Source of the DNA: an uncultured Conexibacteraceae bacterium
GTDB taxonomy: Bacteria > Actinomycetota > Thermoleophilia > Solirubrobacterales > 70-9
Reading direction: 5' to 3'
NCBI GenBank assembly: GCA_964591825.1
Contig: CAZQET010000376.1
Span: 1-31,753 of the forward strand
Length of the DNA stretch: 31,753 nucleotides
Notes under the pieces: model-generated
Told to the model about the DNA's origin: nothing
Databases searched by the model: none
What the model saw: only the letters and a program-made list of their open reading frames with translations
Shown here: piece after piece, positions 5,957 through 14,388 of the stretch
How positions within the stretch are numbered: position 1 is the stretch's first letter
Layout: each line of letters opens with the position of its first letter
Program-made: the position numbers and the translations under genes

Positions 5957-7252
5957 CTACTTGACGTGCATGCCTGAGATCGCGCGGCTGATCACCAGGC
6001 GCTGGATCTCGGAGGTGCCCTCGAAGATCGTGTAGATCTTGGCGTCGCGGTGCATGCGCTCGACCGGGAACTCGCGGGTGTAGCCGTTGCCGCCGAGGAT
6101 CTGGATCGCGCGCTCGGTCGACCAGACGGCGACCTCGCCGGCCTTGAGCTTCGACATCGAGCCCTCGGCGTTTTCGAACTTGTGGCCGTTGCGGCCCATC
6201 CAGGCGGCGCGCCAGACGAGCAGGCGAGCGGCGTCGATCTCGAGCTTCATATCGGCGAGGGTGAAGGCAATCGCCTGATTTTCGACGATCGGCCGGCCGA
6301 ACTGGGAGCGCTCTTTGGCGTACTCGAGCGCGTACTCGTAGGCGGCGCGAGCAATGCCGACCGCCTGAGCGCCGACCGTGGGGCGACTGGCCTCGAAAGT
6401 CTGCATCGCCGCCTGGGACTTGCCCTTCTTGCCTTCGCGCACCCGGGCGAGGCGCTCGTTGAGCTTCTCCTTGCCGCCGAGCAGACAGGAGCCGGGAACG
6501 CGACAGTCATCCAGGTGGACGTCGGCGGTGTGCGAGGCGCGCAGGCCGTGCTTCTTCACCTTGGCGCCCTGCTCGCAGCCCTTGGTTCCGGGCGGGATGA
6601 CGAAGGCAACGTGGCCGCGCGAGCCAAGCTCACGGTCAACGGAGGCGATGACCACGTGGACGTCGGCGATGCCGCCGTTGGTGGCCCAGGCCTTCTGGCC
6701 GTTCAGCACCCACTCGTCGGTGGCCTCGTCGTACTTGGCGGTGGTGCGAATCGCCGAGACGTCGGAGCCGGCGTCGGGCTCTGAGGAGCAGAAGGCGGCG
6801 ACCTTGGGGTCCTCGGCGCTGCCGAAGCACTGCGGGATCCACTCGCCGATCTGTTCGCCGGTGCCCTGGCCGAAGATCGCGGCCACCGCGAGCGAGGTTC
6901 CCATGATCGCCATGCCGATGCCGGCGTCACCCCAGAAAAGCTCCTCGTTGGCGATCGGCAGGGTCAGGCCGGTCGGATCGGCGAAGAACTGGCCCAACGC
7001 TTCGAAGCTGTAGAGGCCGATCTTTGCCGCCTCCTGAATTACCGGCCAGGGTGTCTCCTCGCGCTCATCCCATTCCGCCGCAGCAGGCCGGACGACGCCC
7101 TCGGCGAAGCCGTGCACCCACTCGCGAATGTCCTTCTGATCCTGGTTCAGCTCGAGCGTGAAGACGGGGCCCTCGGGGGTCCCGTCGCCGCCCGCGACCT
7201 CCTCCACGATGCTCTCCTTCGCTGCGTCTGCCACTGCCGCTGTATCGCTCAT
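5957..7252 (-). CDS. Acyl-CoA dehydrogenase
   Basis: AAFCSSEPDAGSD, WVLNGQKAWATNGG, GGNGYTREFPVERMHRDAKIYTIFEGTSEIQRLVI motifs. Confidence 0.95.
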   Translation of the reverse strand: MSDTAAVADAAKESIVEEVAGGDGTPEGPVFTLELNQDQKDIREWVHGFAEGVVRPAAAEWDEREETPWPVIQEAAKIGLYSFEALGQFFADPTGLTLPIANEELFWGDAGIGMAIMGTSLAVAAIFGQGTGEQIGEWIPQCFGSAEDPKVAAFCSSEPDAGSDVSAIRTTAKYDEATDEWVLNGQKAWATNGGIADVHVVIASVDRELGSRGHVAFVIPPGTKGCEQGAKVKKHGLRASHTADVHLDDCRVPGSCLLGGKEKLNERLARVREGKKGKSQAAMQTFEASRPTVGAQAVGIARAAYEYALEYAKERSQFGRPIVENQAIAFTLADMKLEIDAARLLVWRAAWMGRNGHKFENAEGSMSKLKAGEVAVWSTERAIQILGGNGYTREFPVERMHRDAKIYTIFEGTSEIQRLVISRAISGMHVK

Positions 7253-7291
7253 GGCGCGGCATCGTACGGCATAGATCGGTACCCGGATTCG

Positions 7292-7342
7292 CGAACTGCA
7301 TCAAATTCTGGCTCTAACCGGTAGAGAATTTGATGCAGTTCG
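7292..7342. repeat. AT-rich inverted repeat (18-bp perfect stem)
   Basis: CGAACTGCATCAAATTCT (7292-7309) and AGAATTTGATGCAGTTCG (7325-7342), 15-nt loop. Confidence 0.85.
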
Positions 7343-7352
7343 GGGGGCGTGC

Positions 7353-7727
7353 TCAGACGTCGCGCAGGTCGAAGGCGCGGATGCCCTCGGGGCCGCTGTC
7401 GGCGCAGTCGAAGAAGCGGCGGTTTACGCAAGCGTAGGACTCGCCTTCGCCCTCGTAGGCGCGCTCGACCGAGAACTGACATTGGGGCAGCGACTCACCG
7501 GTCATCTTGACGCCGCCGAAGCCTCCCGGTTGCAGGACCGCGTCGAGCTCGACCTTAGCTGAGAAGACATCCTGCATGCAGCCCACGTACTGATTGCCGG
7601 TCAGCATGTCGACGAAGCTGTAGAGGTAGCGGCAGCGCATTTCCACGCAGCCCCGCGGCTCGACCATCTTGTCGCAGAAGGAGCGGCACTGACGGCACTC
7701 ACCGGCCTTGGTGCGCGTTGCTGGCAT
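7353..7727 (-). CDS. Cys-rich hypothetical protein (124 aa)
   Basis: Gene-like codon usage; TAGACT hexamer 6 nt before the ATG; nine Cys, including CRQCRSFC. Confidence 0.8.
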   Translation of the reverse strand: MPATRTKAGECRQCRSFCDKMVEPRGCVEMRCRYLYSFVDMLTGNQYVGCMQDVFSAKVELDAVLQPGGFGGVKMTGESLPQCQFSVERAYEGEGESYACVNRRFFDCADSGPEGIRAFDLRDV

Positions 7728-7745
7728 AAAGGAAGTCTACGGACC

Positions 7746-7848
7746 CCTGACCGCGAAAACCAAGCAGTTCGGAGGACATAGGGAGTGTGGCGTGCTTCGC
7801 ACGTGAGCGACCGAGGACTCCGAAATGCGCCAGTTTGCAGCGGTCAGG
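7746..7848. repeat. Nested imperfect inverted repeat overlapping the dnaE stop codon
   Basis: Outer CCTGACCGC/GCGGTCAGG (9 bp), middle GCAGTTCGGAG/CTCCGAAATGC (10/11), inner CGTGC-TTC-GCACG. Confidence 0.6.
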
Positions 7849-10800
7849 CAGCGATCGCGGCGGCGCTGCCGAGAACGTGATCGAGCTCGCTGCGCAGGTG
7901 GGCGGAGGGTCGCACGCGATAGGCCTCACCGAGCTGCAGGCGCCTTGGCTCGGGGCCGCCGTTGCGAATCGCCAGGTGCACCTCGGACTCCCCGCGGTGA
8001 TGCTCGAGCACGGCTTTGAGCTCCTCGATCAGGCCCTCGGACAGCATCGCGGCGTCGATCTCGACCTCGAAGGGACCGCGCGCGGCGCTCGCCACCGAGG
8101 GCGCTGCGGCGATCTCCTCGGCGTCGGGTTCGAAGCGCTCGGCCTCCTGTACGACCAGCTTCGTCTCACCCCGCTCCTTATGGTCGAGACGACCGCGGAC
8201 GAGGACGATCGCGTCGGGCTCGATCACCGACGCGCTCTCGGCCTGGTCGGCCTTGAAGACCAGCATCTCGACCTGACCCTCGACGTCGTCGAGAGTGGCG
8301 AACATCATCTGGTTGCCGCTCTTGGTGCGGATCTTCTTGCACTCGGTGACGATCCCGCCCACCGTCACCCAGGAACCATCCTGCTTCCTCGCCAGGTCGG
8401 CGAGGCTGCAGTCGACCCGCGCTCGCAGCGCGCCCCGCACCGCCGTCAACGGGTGCTCGGAGAGGTAGGTCCCCAGCGTCTCCTTCTCCATCGCCAGCAG
8501 CTCGGCCCGCTCGAACTCGACCGCCGAGATCGGCGGGCGGTGCTGGGCCTGACCCCCACCCTGGCCGCCGCCCGGCTCGTCGCCGAAGTCGAAGATCGAT
8601 CCCTGCCCCATCTGCGCATCCTCCTGCGCCTTCTGGCCCGCCGACTGGGCCGCGGGCAGCGCTTCCAGCATTCCCTTGCGCGTCGCCTCGGTCGAGTCGA
8701 GGGCACCGCATTTGATCAGGCATTCGATCGCGCGCTTGTTGACCGCGCGCGAGTCGACCCGCTCGCAGAAGTCCCAGATCGAGGCGATCGAGTTGTCCTC
8801 GCGCGCACGCAGGATCGCCTCCACGGCCTGATGGCCGACGTTCTTGACCGCGTCGAGGCCGAAGCGGATCGCGTTCTCGGAGACGACGAAGCTGTGGTCG
8901 GAGGAGTTGACGTCGGGCGGCAGCACCTCGATGCCCATCTCCTCGCAGCGATTGACAAAGAAGGGCACCTTGTCCTTGGTGTTCATCACCGAGGAGATCA
9001 CCGCCGCCATGTACTCCGCCGGATAGTTGGCCTTCAGGTAGGCGGTGCGATAGGAGATCAGCGCGTAGCAGGCGGCGTGGGACTTGTTGAAGGAGTAGTC
9101 GGCCGCCGCTTCGTTCAGCTTCCAGAGGTCGGCGGCGACGTTCGAGGCCGTCCCCGACTCCTTCAGGCCGGCGATGAATTTGTCCTTCATCGTCGCCATT
9201 AGGTCGCGCTTCTTCTTGCCGACGGCCTTGCGCAGGTCGTCCGCCTCGGCCCCCGAGAAGCCGGCCATCTCGCGGGCGATGGCCATCAACTGCTCCTGAT
9301 AGATGACGCAGCCGTAGGTCTCCTCGGTGATCGCCCGCATGCGCTCGTCGGGGTAGGTGACCGTCTCGGGGTTGCGCTTGCCCTTGGCGTAGGTGGGGAT
9401 GTAGGCCATCGCACCGGGCCGGTAGAGGGCGCCGAGGGCGACCAGGTCAGCGAACTCGGTCGGGCCGACCTTGCGCAGCGCCTCGCGCATGCCCTCGGAC
9501 TCGAACTGGAAGACGCCGGTCGAGTCGCCGGCGGCGAGCATCGCGTAGGTCTTCGAGTCGTCGAGCGGGATCTCCTCGATGTCGATCTCCTCACCGCGCG
9601 AGCGCTGGATGATGTCGATCGCGTCCTCGATCACGTCGAGGTTGCGCAAGCCAAGGAAGTCCATCTTCAGCAGGCCGATCTCCTCAATCGGGACCATCGA
9701 GTACTGGGTCACGATCTTGTACTGGCGCTCGCCCTTGGCGGAGCCGCTGGCGCCGCCGTTGCCGTTCGCTGCCAGGGAGCCGCGGTCCTCGGCCAGCTGC
9801 AGCGGCACGATCTCGCGCAGCGGGCGGTCGGCGATCACCACCGCGGCGGCGTGGATCGAGTTGTTGCGGACGATCCCCTCGAGGCCCTGGGCGACGTCGA
9901 CGATCTTCTTCGCGTCGGGCTCGGCGTCGTAGGTCTTGCGCAGCTCCTGGCCCGGCTGCAGGCATTCCTCGAAGGAGGGGCTGCGGCCCATGATCGGCTC
10001 GGGGATCAGCTTCGCGATCCGGTCGCCGGTCGCGTAGTCGTAGCCGAGGACGCGCGCCGCGTCCCGCGTCGCGGCCCGCGGCGCCATCTTGCCGAAGGTG
10101 ATGATCTGGGCGACGGACTCGCGACCGTATTTGTCGGCGACGTAGCGAATCATCCGCTCGCGCCCGCGGACCGAGAAGTCGATGTCGATGTCGGGCATCG
10201 ATTTGCGTCCCGGGTTGAGGAAGCGCTCGAAGAGCAGGTCGTTGGCGAGTGGATCAAGGTCGGTGATGTTGAGCGCGTAGGAGACGATCGAGCCCGCCGC
10301 CGATCCACGCCCTGGCCCCACCGCGATGCCGTTCTCCTTGGCGTAGCGGACGAAGTCCCAGACGATCAGGAAGTAGGAGGAGAAGCCCATGTCCTCGATC
10401 ACCCCGAGCTCGAACTCGAGCCGCTCGCGCGCCGCGGCTGGAATCGGGTCTCCGTAGCGGGCCCGCATCCCCTCGTCGGCGACGCGGCGCAGCATCGCCT
10501 CGGGCTCCTCGCCGTCGGGCGTCGGGTAGCGCGGCAGCAGCAGCTTGCCGAGCTCGATCTCGACGTTGCAGCGCTCGGCGATCTCCAGCGTGGTCGGCAC
10601 CGCCTCCGGCCACTCGGCGAAGGAAGACGCCATTTCCTCGGAGTCCTTGAGGTAGAACTCGTTGGTGTCGAAGCTCATCTTCGGCATCTGCAGCGTCGAC
10701 TTCGTCTGCACGCAGAGCAGCGCCGCGTGGTTGTCGAAGTCCTCGCGCCGCAGGTAGTGGACGTCGGCTGTGCCGACCAGCGGCCGACCCAGCTCGCGGG

Positions 10801-11386
10801 CGAAGCGGACGATCCCCTCGTTGGCCTTGTCCTGCTCGGCGATGCCGTTCTTCTGCACCTCGAAGTAGACCTGCTCGGGCCCAAAGGCCTGGATCAGGTC
10901 GTCGAGGTGGGCGCGGGCGTCATCGTCGCGCTCTTCGATCAGGCGCCGGCAGAAACGCGACTGCAGGCAACCGGTGAGGACGATCACGCCCTCGGCGTGG
11001 GCGGCGAGCGTCTCCATGTCGACGTTGGCCTTGCCCCGGTGGAAGCCCTCGAGGAAGCCGGCCGAGGTGAGCTTGACCAGATTGGCGAAGCCGGTGTCGT
11101 TCTCGGCCAGCAGGGTGAGGTGGTTGCGCTCGTATTTGGGCTTCTCCTTGACCCCCTGAACGTCGTCGACGAAGTAGGCCTCAAAGCCTGCGATCGGCTT
11201 GATTCCGTGCTTCTCGCAGGCCTTGTAGAGGTCCACCGCGCCGTTCATCACGCCGTGGTCGGTGAGCCCGAGAGCCGGCTGGCCCATCTCCGCAGCCCGC
11301 GCCGCCATCGCCTCGATCTTGCAATGGCCGTCGAGCAGCGAGTACTCGCTGTGGGCGTGCAGGTGGACGGCGGGCGAGCTGCTCAC
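7844..11386 (-). CDS. dnaE: DNA polymerase III alpha subunit
   Basis: PHP motif VHLHAHSEYSLLDG, GPGRGSAAGS, catalytic SMPDIDIDF, YSFNKSHAACY and a C-terminal OB fold. No intein-length insertion. Start set at GTG 11386; the track gives TTG 11392. Confidence 0.97.
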   Translation of the reverse strand: MSSSPAVHLHAHSEYSLLDGHCKIEAMAARAAEMGQPALGLTDHGVMNGAVDLYKACEKHGIKPIAGFEAYFVDDVQGVKEKPKYERNHLTLLAENDTGFANLVKLTSAGFLEGFHRGKANVDMETLAAHAEGVIVLTGCLQSRFCRRLIEERDDDARAHLDDLIQAFGPEQVYFEVQKNGIAEQDKANEGIVRFARELGRPLVGTADVHYLRREDFDNHAALLCVQTKSTLQMPKMSFDTNEFYLKDSEEMASSFAEWPEAVPTTLEIAERCNVEIELGKLLLPRYPTPDGEEPEAMLRRVADEGMRARYGDPIPAAARERLEFELGVIEDMGFSSYFLIVWDFVRYAKENGIAVGPGRGSAAGSIVSYALNITDLDPLANDLLFERFLNPGRKSMPDIDIDFSVRGRERMIRYVADKYGRESVAQIITFGKMAPRAATRDAARVLGYDYATGDRIAKLIPEPIMGRSPSFEECLQPGQELRKTYDAEPDAKKIVDVAQGLEGIVRNNSIHAAAVVIADRPLREIVPLQLAEDRGSLAANGNGGASGSAKGERQYKIVTQYSMVPIEEIGLLKMDFLGLRNLDVIEDAIDIIQRSRGEEIDIEEIPLDDSKTYAMLAAGDSTGVFQFESEGMREALRKVGPTEFADLVALGALYRPGAMAYIPTYAKGKRNPETVTYPDERMRAITEETYGCVIYQEQLMAIAREMAGFSGAEADDLRKAVGKKKRDLMATMKDKFIAGLKESGTASNVAADLWKLNEAAADYSFNKSHAACYALISYRTAYLKANYPAEYMAAVISSVMNTKDKVPFFVNRCEEMGIEVLPPDVNSSDHSFVVSENAIRFGLDAVKNVGHQAVEAILRAREDNSIASIWDFCERVDSRAVNKRAIECLIKCGALDSTEATRKGMLEALPAAQSAGQKAQEDAQMGQGSIFDFGDEPGGGQGGGQAQHRPPISAVEFERAELLAMEKETLGTYLSEHPLTAVRGALRARVDCSLADLARKQDGSWVTVGGIVTECKKIRTKSGNQMMFATLDDVEGQVEMLVFKADQAESASVIEPDAIVLVRGRLDHKERGETKLVVQEAERFEPDAEEIAAAPSVASAARGPFEVEIDAAMLSEGLIEELKAVLEHHRGESEVHLAIRNGGPEPRRLQLGEAYRVRPSAHLRSELDHVLGSAAAIAA

Positions 11387-11492
11387 AGGCAAGCGATCAT
11401 GCCAAGCGAGTCAGATGGCACGAGTCGATTTCGTAACACTTACGCGCTAGTTCCGAGGTATTCGAGAGCGGCGATCTGGGCAGGGGTTCCGC

Positions 11493-12509
11493 TCAACCGC
11501 AGACCCAGGCACTTGGCCCGGAATCCGCCCAGATTTCGGCGGCGATGCGGTCCTGTTCGGGCTTCGGAGCGTTCTGGGGCTCTCCCTTGCCACCGTAGAG
11601 CCTCCAGGTGGAGGGGAGGATCTGGTACGCGCCACCGGCTCCGGAAGAGGAATTGACGGCACCGTAGTTGCCCCCCGACTCGCACATCACGATGTAGGTG
11701 GGAATCGAGTAAGGGCCGCCCAGCCAGCGTTCGACTTCGCCTTCGGCTTCGGCTCGGCTGGCCGCTTCAGCCGTCTCGACGTCCTCGACCCACTGGCCTA
11801 TCTTCGACTTCAGCGTCGCCAGGGCCGCCGAGCGAGTCGCGGCGACGGATTCGAGGTGCGCCGTGGCCGCTTCGGCGGCGGCGCGCACGGAGGAGATTTC
11901 CCCCCTGGCCGCGGCCAGGCGCTCGTCGTAGGCGTCGGCACGGGCCTTGAGCGTGGCCACGCGCCGCAGCGCCCGCGTCACCGAGCGGCGCACCTGCGCC
12001 ACCCGCTCGGCGAGGTCGGCGTCGGACTGCTGGATCCGGTCGAGGTATTCGGTGCGCGTGGCCAGTTCGTCGATGCTGCCCGAGGCGAGGATGACGCTCG
12101 CGGTGCTGGGCGAGCCGCTCTCATAGATCGCGACCAGGCGCTCGGCCAGCGCCGCCCGCGCCCGCCGCAGCCGCGCCTTGGCGACCACCAACTGCTTGCG
12201 TGTCCTGCGAACTTCGGCGGCCAGCCGCGCCGCCTTTTCCTCGCCGCGCTCGAGCAGGGCACTGAGCTTGCGCTCACGCGCCGCCGCGGCCTTCGCTTCC
12301 CCTTCAGCCGTGGCGATTTCCTGCTGAGCGGACTGCAGGCGACTGGCCAGTGAGCTCGCTTCGTCCCGTCCCGTGGCGACCTTCTGCCGCAACGCGGAGA
12401 TGCTGGCGCCACCGGCTGGCGCTGCGAGCGCTGCGGTGACAATCAGCAGGCAGAGGGCCGCAGCGAGAATCCCGCGGCTTGCGGCGGTTTTCGCGAGCGT
12501 TCGCGCCAC
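11493..12509 (-). CDS. Secreted coiled-coil protein with C-terminal Rpf-like lytic transglycosylase domain
   Basis: Signal-like GILAAALCLLIVTAALAAPAGG, long heptad region including VILASGSIDELATRTEYLDRI, and C-terminal IVMCESGGNY...AGGAYQILPSTWRLYGG..EQDRIAAEIWADSGPSAW. Start re-called at GTG 12509. Confidence 0.88.
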   Translation of the reverse strand: MARTLAKTAASRGILAAALCLLIVTAALAAPAGGASISALRQKVATGRDEASSLASRLQSAQQEIATAEGEAKAAAARERKLSALLERGEEKAARLAAEVRRTRKQLVVAKARLRRARAALAERLVAIYESGSPSTASVILASGSIDELATRTEYLDRIQQSDADLAERVAQVRRSVTRALRRVATLKARADAYDERLAAARGEISSVRAAAEAATAHLESVAATRSAALATLKSKIGQWVEDVETAEAASRAEAEGEVERWLGGPYSIPTYIVMCESGGNYGAVNSSSGAGGAYQILPSTWRLYGGKGEPQNAPKPEQDRIAAEIWADSGPSAWVCG

Positions 12510-12536
12510 GGAGCAGCCGAGGGTACGGCACGACCT

Positions 12537-12585
12537 CGGGTGCAACGCGTTTTCCGGCTCATGGGTGGAAAAAACGTTGCACCCG
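12537..12585. repeat. Intergenic hairpin
   Basis: CGGGTGCAACG..TTTTCC / GGAAAA..CGTTGCACCCG, 11+6 bp stems. Confidence 0.75.
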
Positions 12586-12597
12586 GAGAGTGTGGGG

Positions 12598-12753
12598 TCA
12601 GCCCTCGGGGACGTTGCGGCTGGCCAGGTAGGCGGCCACGGCAATGCTGATGATCGCCAGGCCGGCGCCGATGCGGATCTGACGTCGATAGCGACGCCGC
12701 ACATACTTGAACGCGAAACGAATCGCCAGCTTGCCCAGGCTGTCGTAGGCCAT
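12598..12753 (-). CDS. Small membrane protein, 51 aa (below the ORF-track cutoff)
   Basis: MAYDSLGKLAIRFAFKYVRRRYRRQIRIGAGLAIISIAVAAYLASRNVPEG. The ATG is 3 nt after the argG stop with GAGGAG 6 nt upstream; a basic stretch precedes one TM helix. Confidence 0.8.
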   Translation of the reverse strand: MAYDSLGKLAIRFAFKYVRRRYRRQIRIGAGLAIISIAVAAYLASRNVPEG

Positions 12754-12756
12754 CGC

Positions 12757-14025
12757 CTACTCCTCTACCCCGCGCTGGCGAATCCTGTACGCCATCCGCG
12801 ACTGCAGTGACCAGAGCTCGATGAAGCCGGGTGAGGCGGACTGCGAGAAGAGCCCGCCCGACTCAGCGAAGCTGGCGAGATCGGCGTCGTAGACGGCGTT
12901 GGGCGAGGAGCGGGTGACGACGCGAACGCTGCCCTTGAAGAGCTTGAGGCCGACCGTGCCGGTGACCTGGGAGTTGACCGCCTCCATGTAGGCGTCGAGG
13001 TCGCTGCGCAGCGGCTCCCACCAGAGCCCGGCGTAGACGAGGTAGGCCCACTTGCGGTCGAGCTCTGGCTTGAACTGATTCTGGTGGATCGTGCCGACCA
13101 GCTTCTCCAGCTCCGCGTGCGCGTTGAGCAGGATCGCCGCCGCCGGCACCTCGTAGATGTCGCGCACCTTGAGGCCGACGATGCGGTCCTCGATGTGGTC
13201 GACGATGCCGACGCCGTGGCGGCAGCCGATCTCCGCCGCCCGTTCGAGCAGCTCGACCGGGGCGAGCCGCTCACCGTTCAGGGCCACCGGCACACCCGCC
13301 TCGAACTCGACCGTGACCGTCTCCGGCTCATCGGGCGCCTCCTCCGGCCGGGTCACCAGCTGGAAGACGTCGTCCTCGGGGGCGTGGTCGAGGTCCTCGA
13401 TCCAGCGCCCCTCCGAGGAGCGTCCCCAGAGGTTGTCGTCGATCGAGTAGGGCGCGACCTCGGTGCCGCCCTTGACCGGGATGCCGTGCTCACGGGCGTA
13501 GGCGATCTCCTCCTCGCGCCCCATCTGCCAGGAGCGGACCGGAGCGATCGTCTTCAGCTCGGGGGCGAGGGTGGCGACGGTGGCCTCGATCCGCACCTGG
13601 TCGTTGCCCTTGCCGGTGCAACCATGGGCGATCGTGTCGCAGCCGCTGCGGCGCGCGTACTCGACTGCCAGCTTCGCGATCAGCGGCCGCCCAAGGGCGG
13701 TGAAGAGCGGGTAGCCGAGCCCGTAGAGGGCGTTGGCCCTGATCGCCGGCAGAACGTAGTCGCGGACGAACTCCTCGCGGGCGTCGACGACGTGGCACTC
13801 CAGCGCGCCCAGCCGCTTCGCCTTGTCCTCGATCACGGCGTAGTCCTCGCCGGGCTGGCCGAGGTTGACCGTGAGGCAGACGACCTCGGCCTGGTAGGAG
13901 TCCTGGATCCACTTCAGCATCACGCTGGTGTCGAGGCCGCCGGAGTAGAGCAGCAGCACGCGCCGCACCTCGGCGGGATCGGCCTCGTAGGAGGCCGTGC
14001 GAATGTCAGCCGGTGAATCTGGCAC
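12757..14025 (-). CDS. argG: Argininosuccinate synthase
   Basis: LLYSGGLDTS, AHGCTGKGNDQVR, YSIDDNLWGRSSEG, VGLKVRDIYEVPAA. Confidence 0.97.
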   Translation of the reverse strand: MPDSPADIRTASYEADPAEVRRVLLLYSGGLDTSVMLKWIQDSYQAEVVCLTVNLGQPGEDYAVIEDKAKRLGALECHVVDAREEFVRDYVLPAIRANALYGLGYPLFTALGRPLIAKLAVEYARRSGCDTIAHGCTGKGNDQVRIEATVATLAPELKTIAPVRSWQMGREEEIAYAREHGIPVKGGTEVAPYSIDDNLWGRSSEGRWIEDLDHAPEDDVFQLVTRPEEAPDEPETVTVEFEAGVPVALNGERLAPVELLERAAEIGCRHGVGIVDHIEDRIVGLKVRDIYEVPAAAILLNAHAELEKLVGTIHQNQFKPELDRKWAYLVYAGLWWEPLRSDLDAYMEAVNSQVTGTVGLKLFKGSVRVVTRSSPNAVYDADLASFAESGGLFSQSASPGFIELWSLQSRMAYRIRQRGVEE

Positions 14026-14384
14026 TAGGGCGCGCCGATGCCGCCGCTGCCATTGCCTTCTTCTTCGGCGGGCGGCGTCGTTGGGGTGGTGGTCGTAGTC
14101 GTGGGTTCGGTCGGGGTGGTTTCCGTCGTTTCGGTCGGTTCGGTCGAGGTCGTGGTCTCCGTGGTCGCGCCGGTGGTCGTCTCGGTCTGCGCGGTGGTTT
14201 CGCCGGGGGTCGTGGTGACGGTCGAGGTGGCGTCGCTGCCGCCGCTGCCGGCGATGACGACGACGGCGATCACCAGGCCGACGATCACCGCGATCAGGCC
14301 CGCGACCAGCAGGCGCATGTTGCCGTGCGGCCGGTGCTGATCGCCGTCGGGCTGGGGCATCATCCGCGTCGGATCCTCGTGCAT
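14025..14384 (-). CDS. Single-TM protein with Thr/Glu/Pro-rich tail (119 aa)
   Basis: ATG 14384 with GGAGGAG upstream; TM LLVAGLIAVIVGLVIAVVVIAG; stop overlaps the argG GTG (TAGTG). Confidence 0.8.
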   Translation of the reverse strand: MHEDPTRMMPQPDGDQHRPHGNMRLLVAGLIAVIVGLVIAVVVIAGSGGSDATSTVTTTPGETTAQTETTTGATTETTTSTEPTETTETTPTEPTTTTTTPTTPPAEEEGNGSGGIGAP

Positions 14385-14388
14385 GGGC

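Noticed and set aside
7825-7834. Single ATGCGCCAGT matching the arm-type 10-mer
   Set aside because: Isolated copy with no tandem partner, core repeat or cargo; plausibly chance.
7844-11386. Possible intein in dnaE
   Set aside because: Length is normal and there are no splicing or LAGLIDADG motifs; the only extra is a short Gly/Ser/Ala loop (GSLAANGNGGASGSAKG).
12510-12597. c-di-AMP (ydaO) riboswitch expected upstream of actinobacterial Rpf genes
   Set aside because: Only 88 nt are free, mostly occupied by a simple hairpin, and I see no ydaO consensus.
14080-14230. Repetitive GTCGT/GGTGGT tract
   Set aside because: Codon-level low complexity of the Thr-rich tail; no fixed-length repeat-spacer pattern, so not CRISPR.
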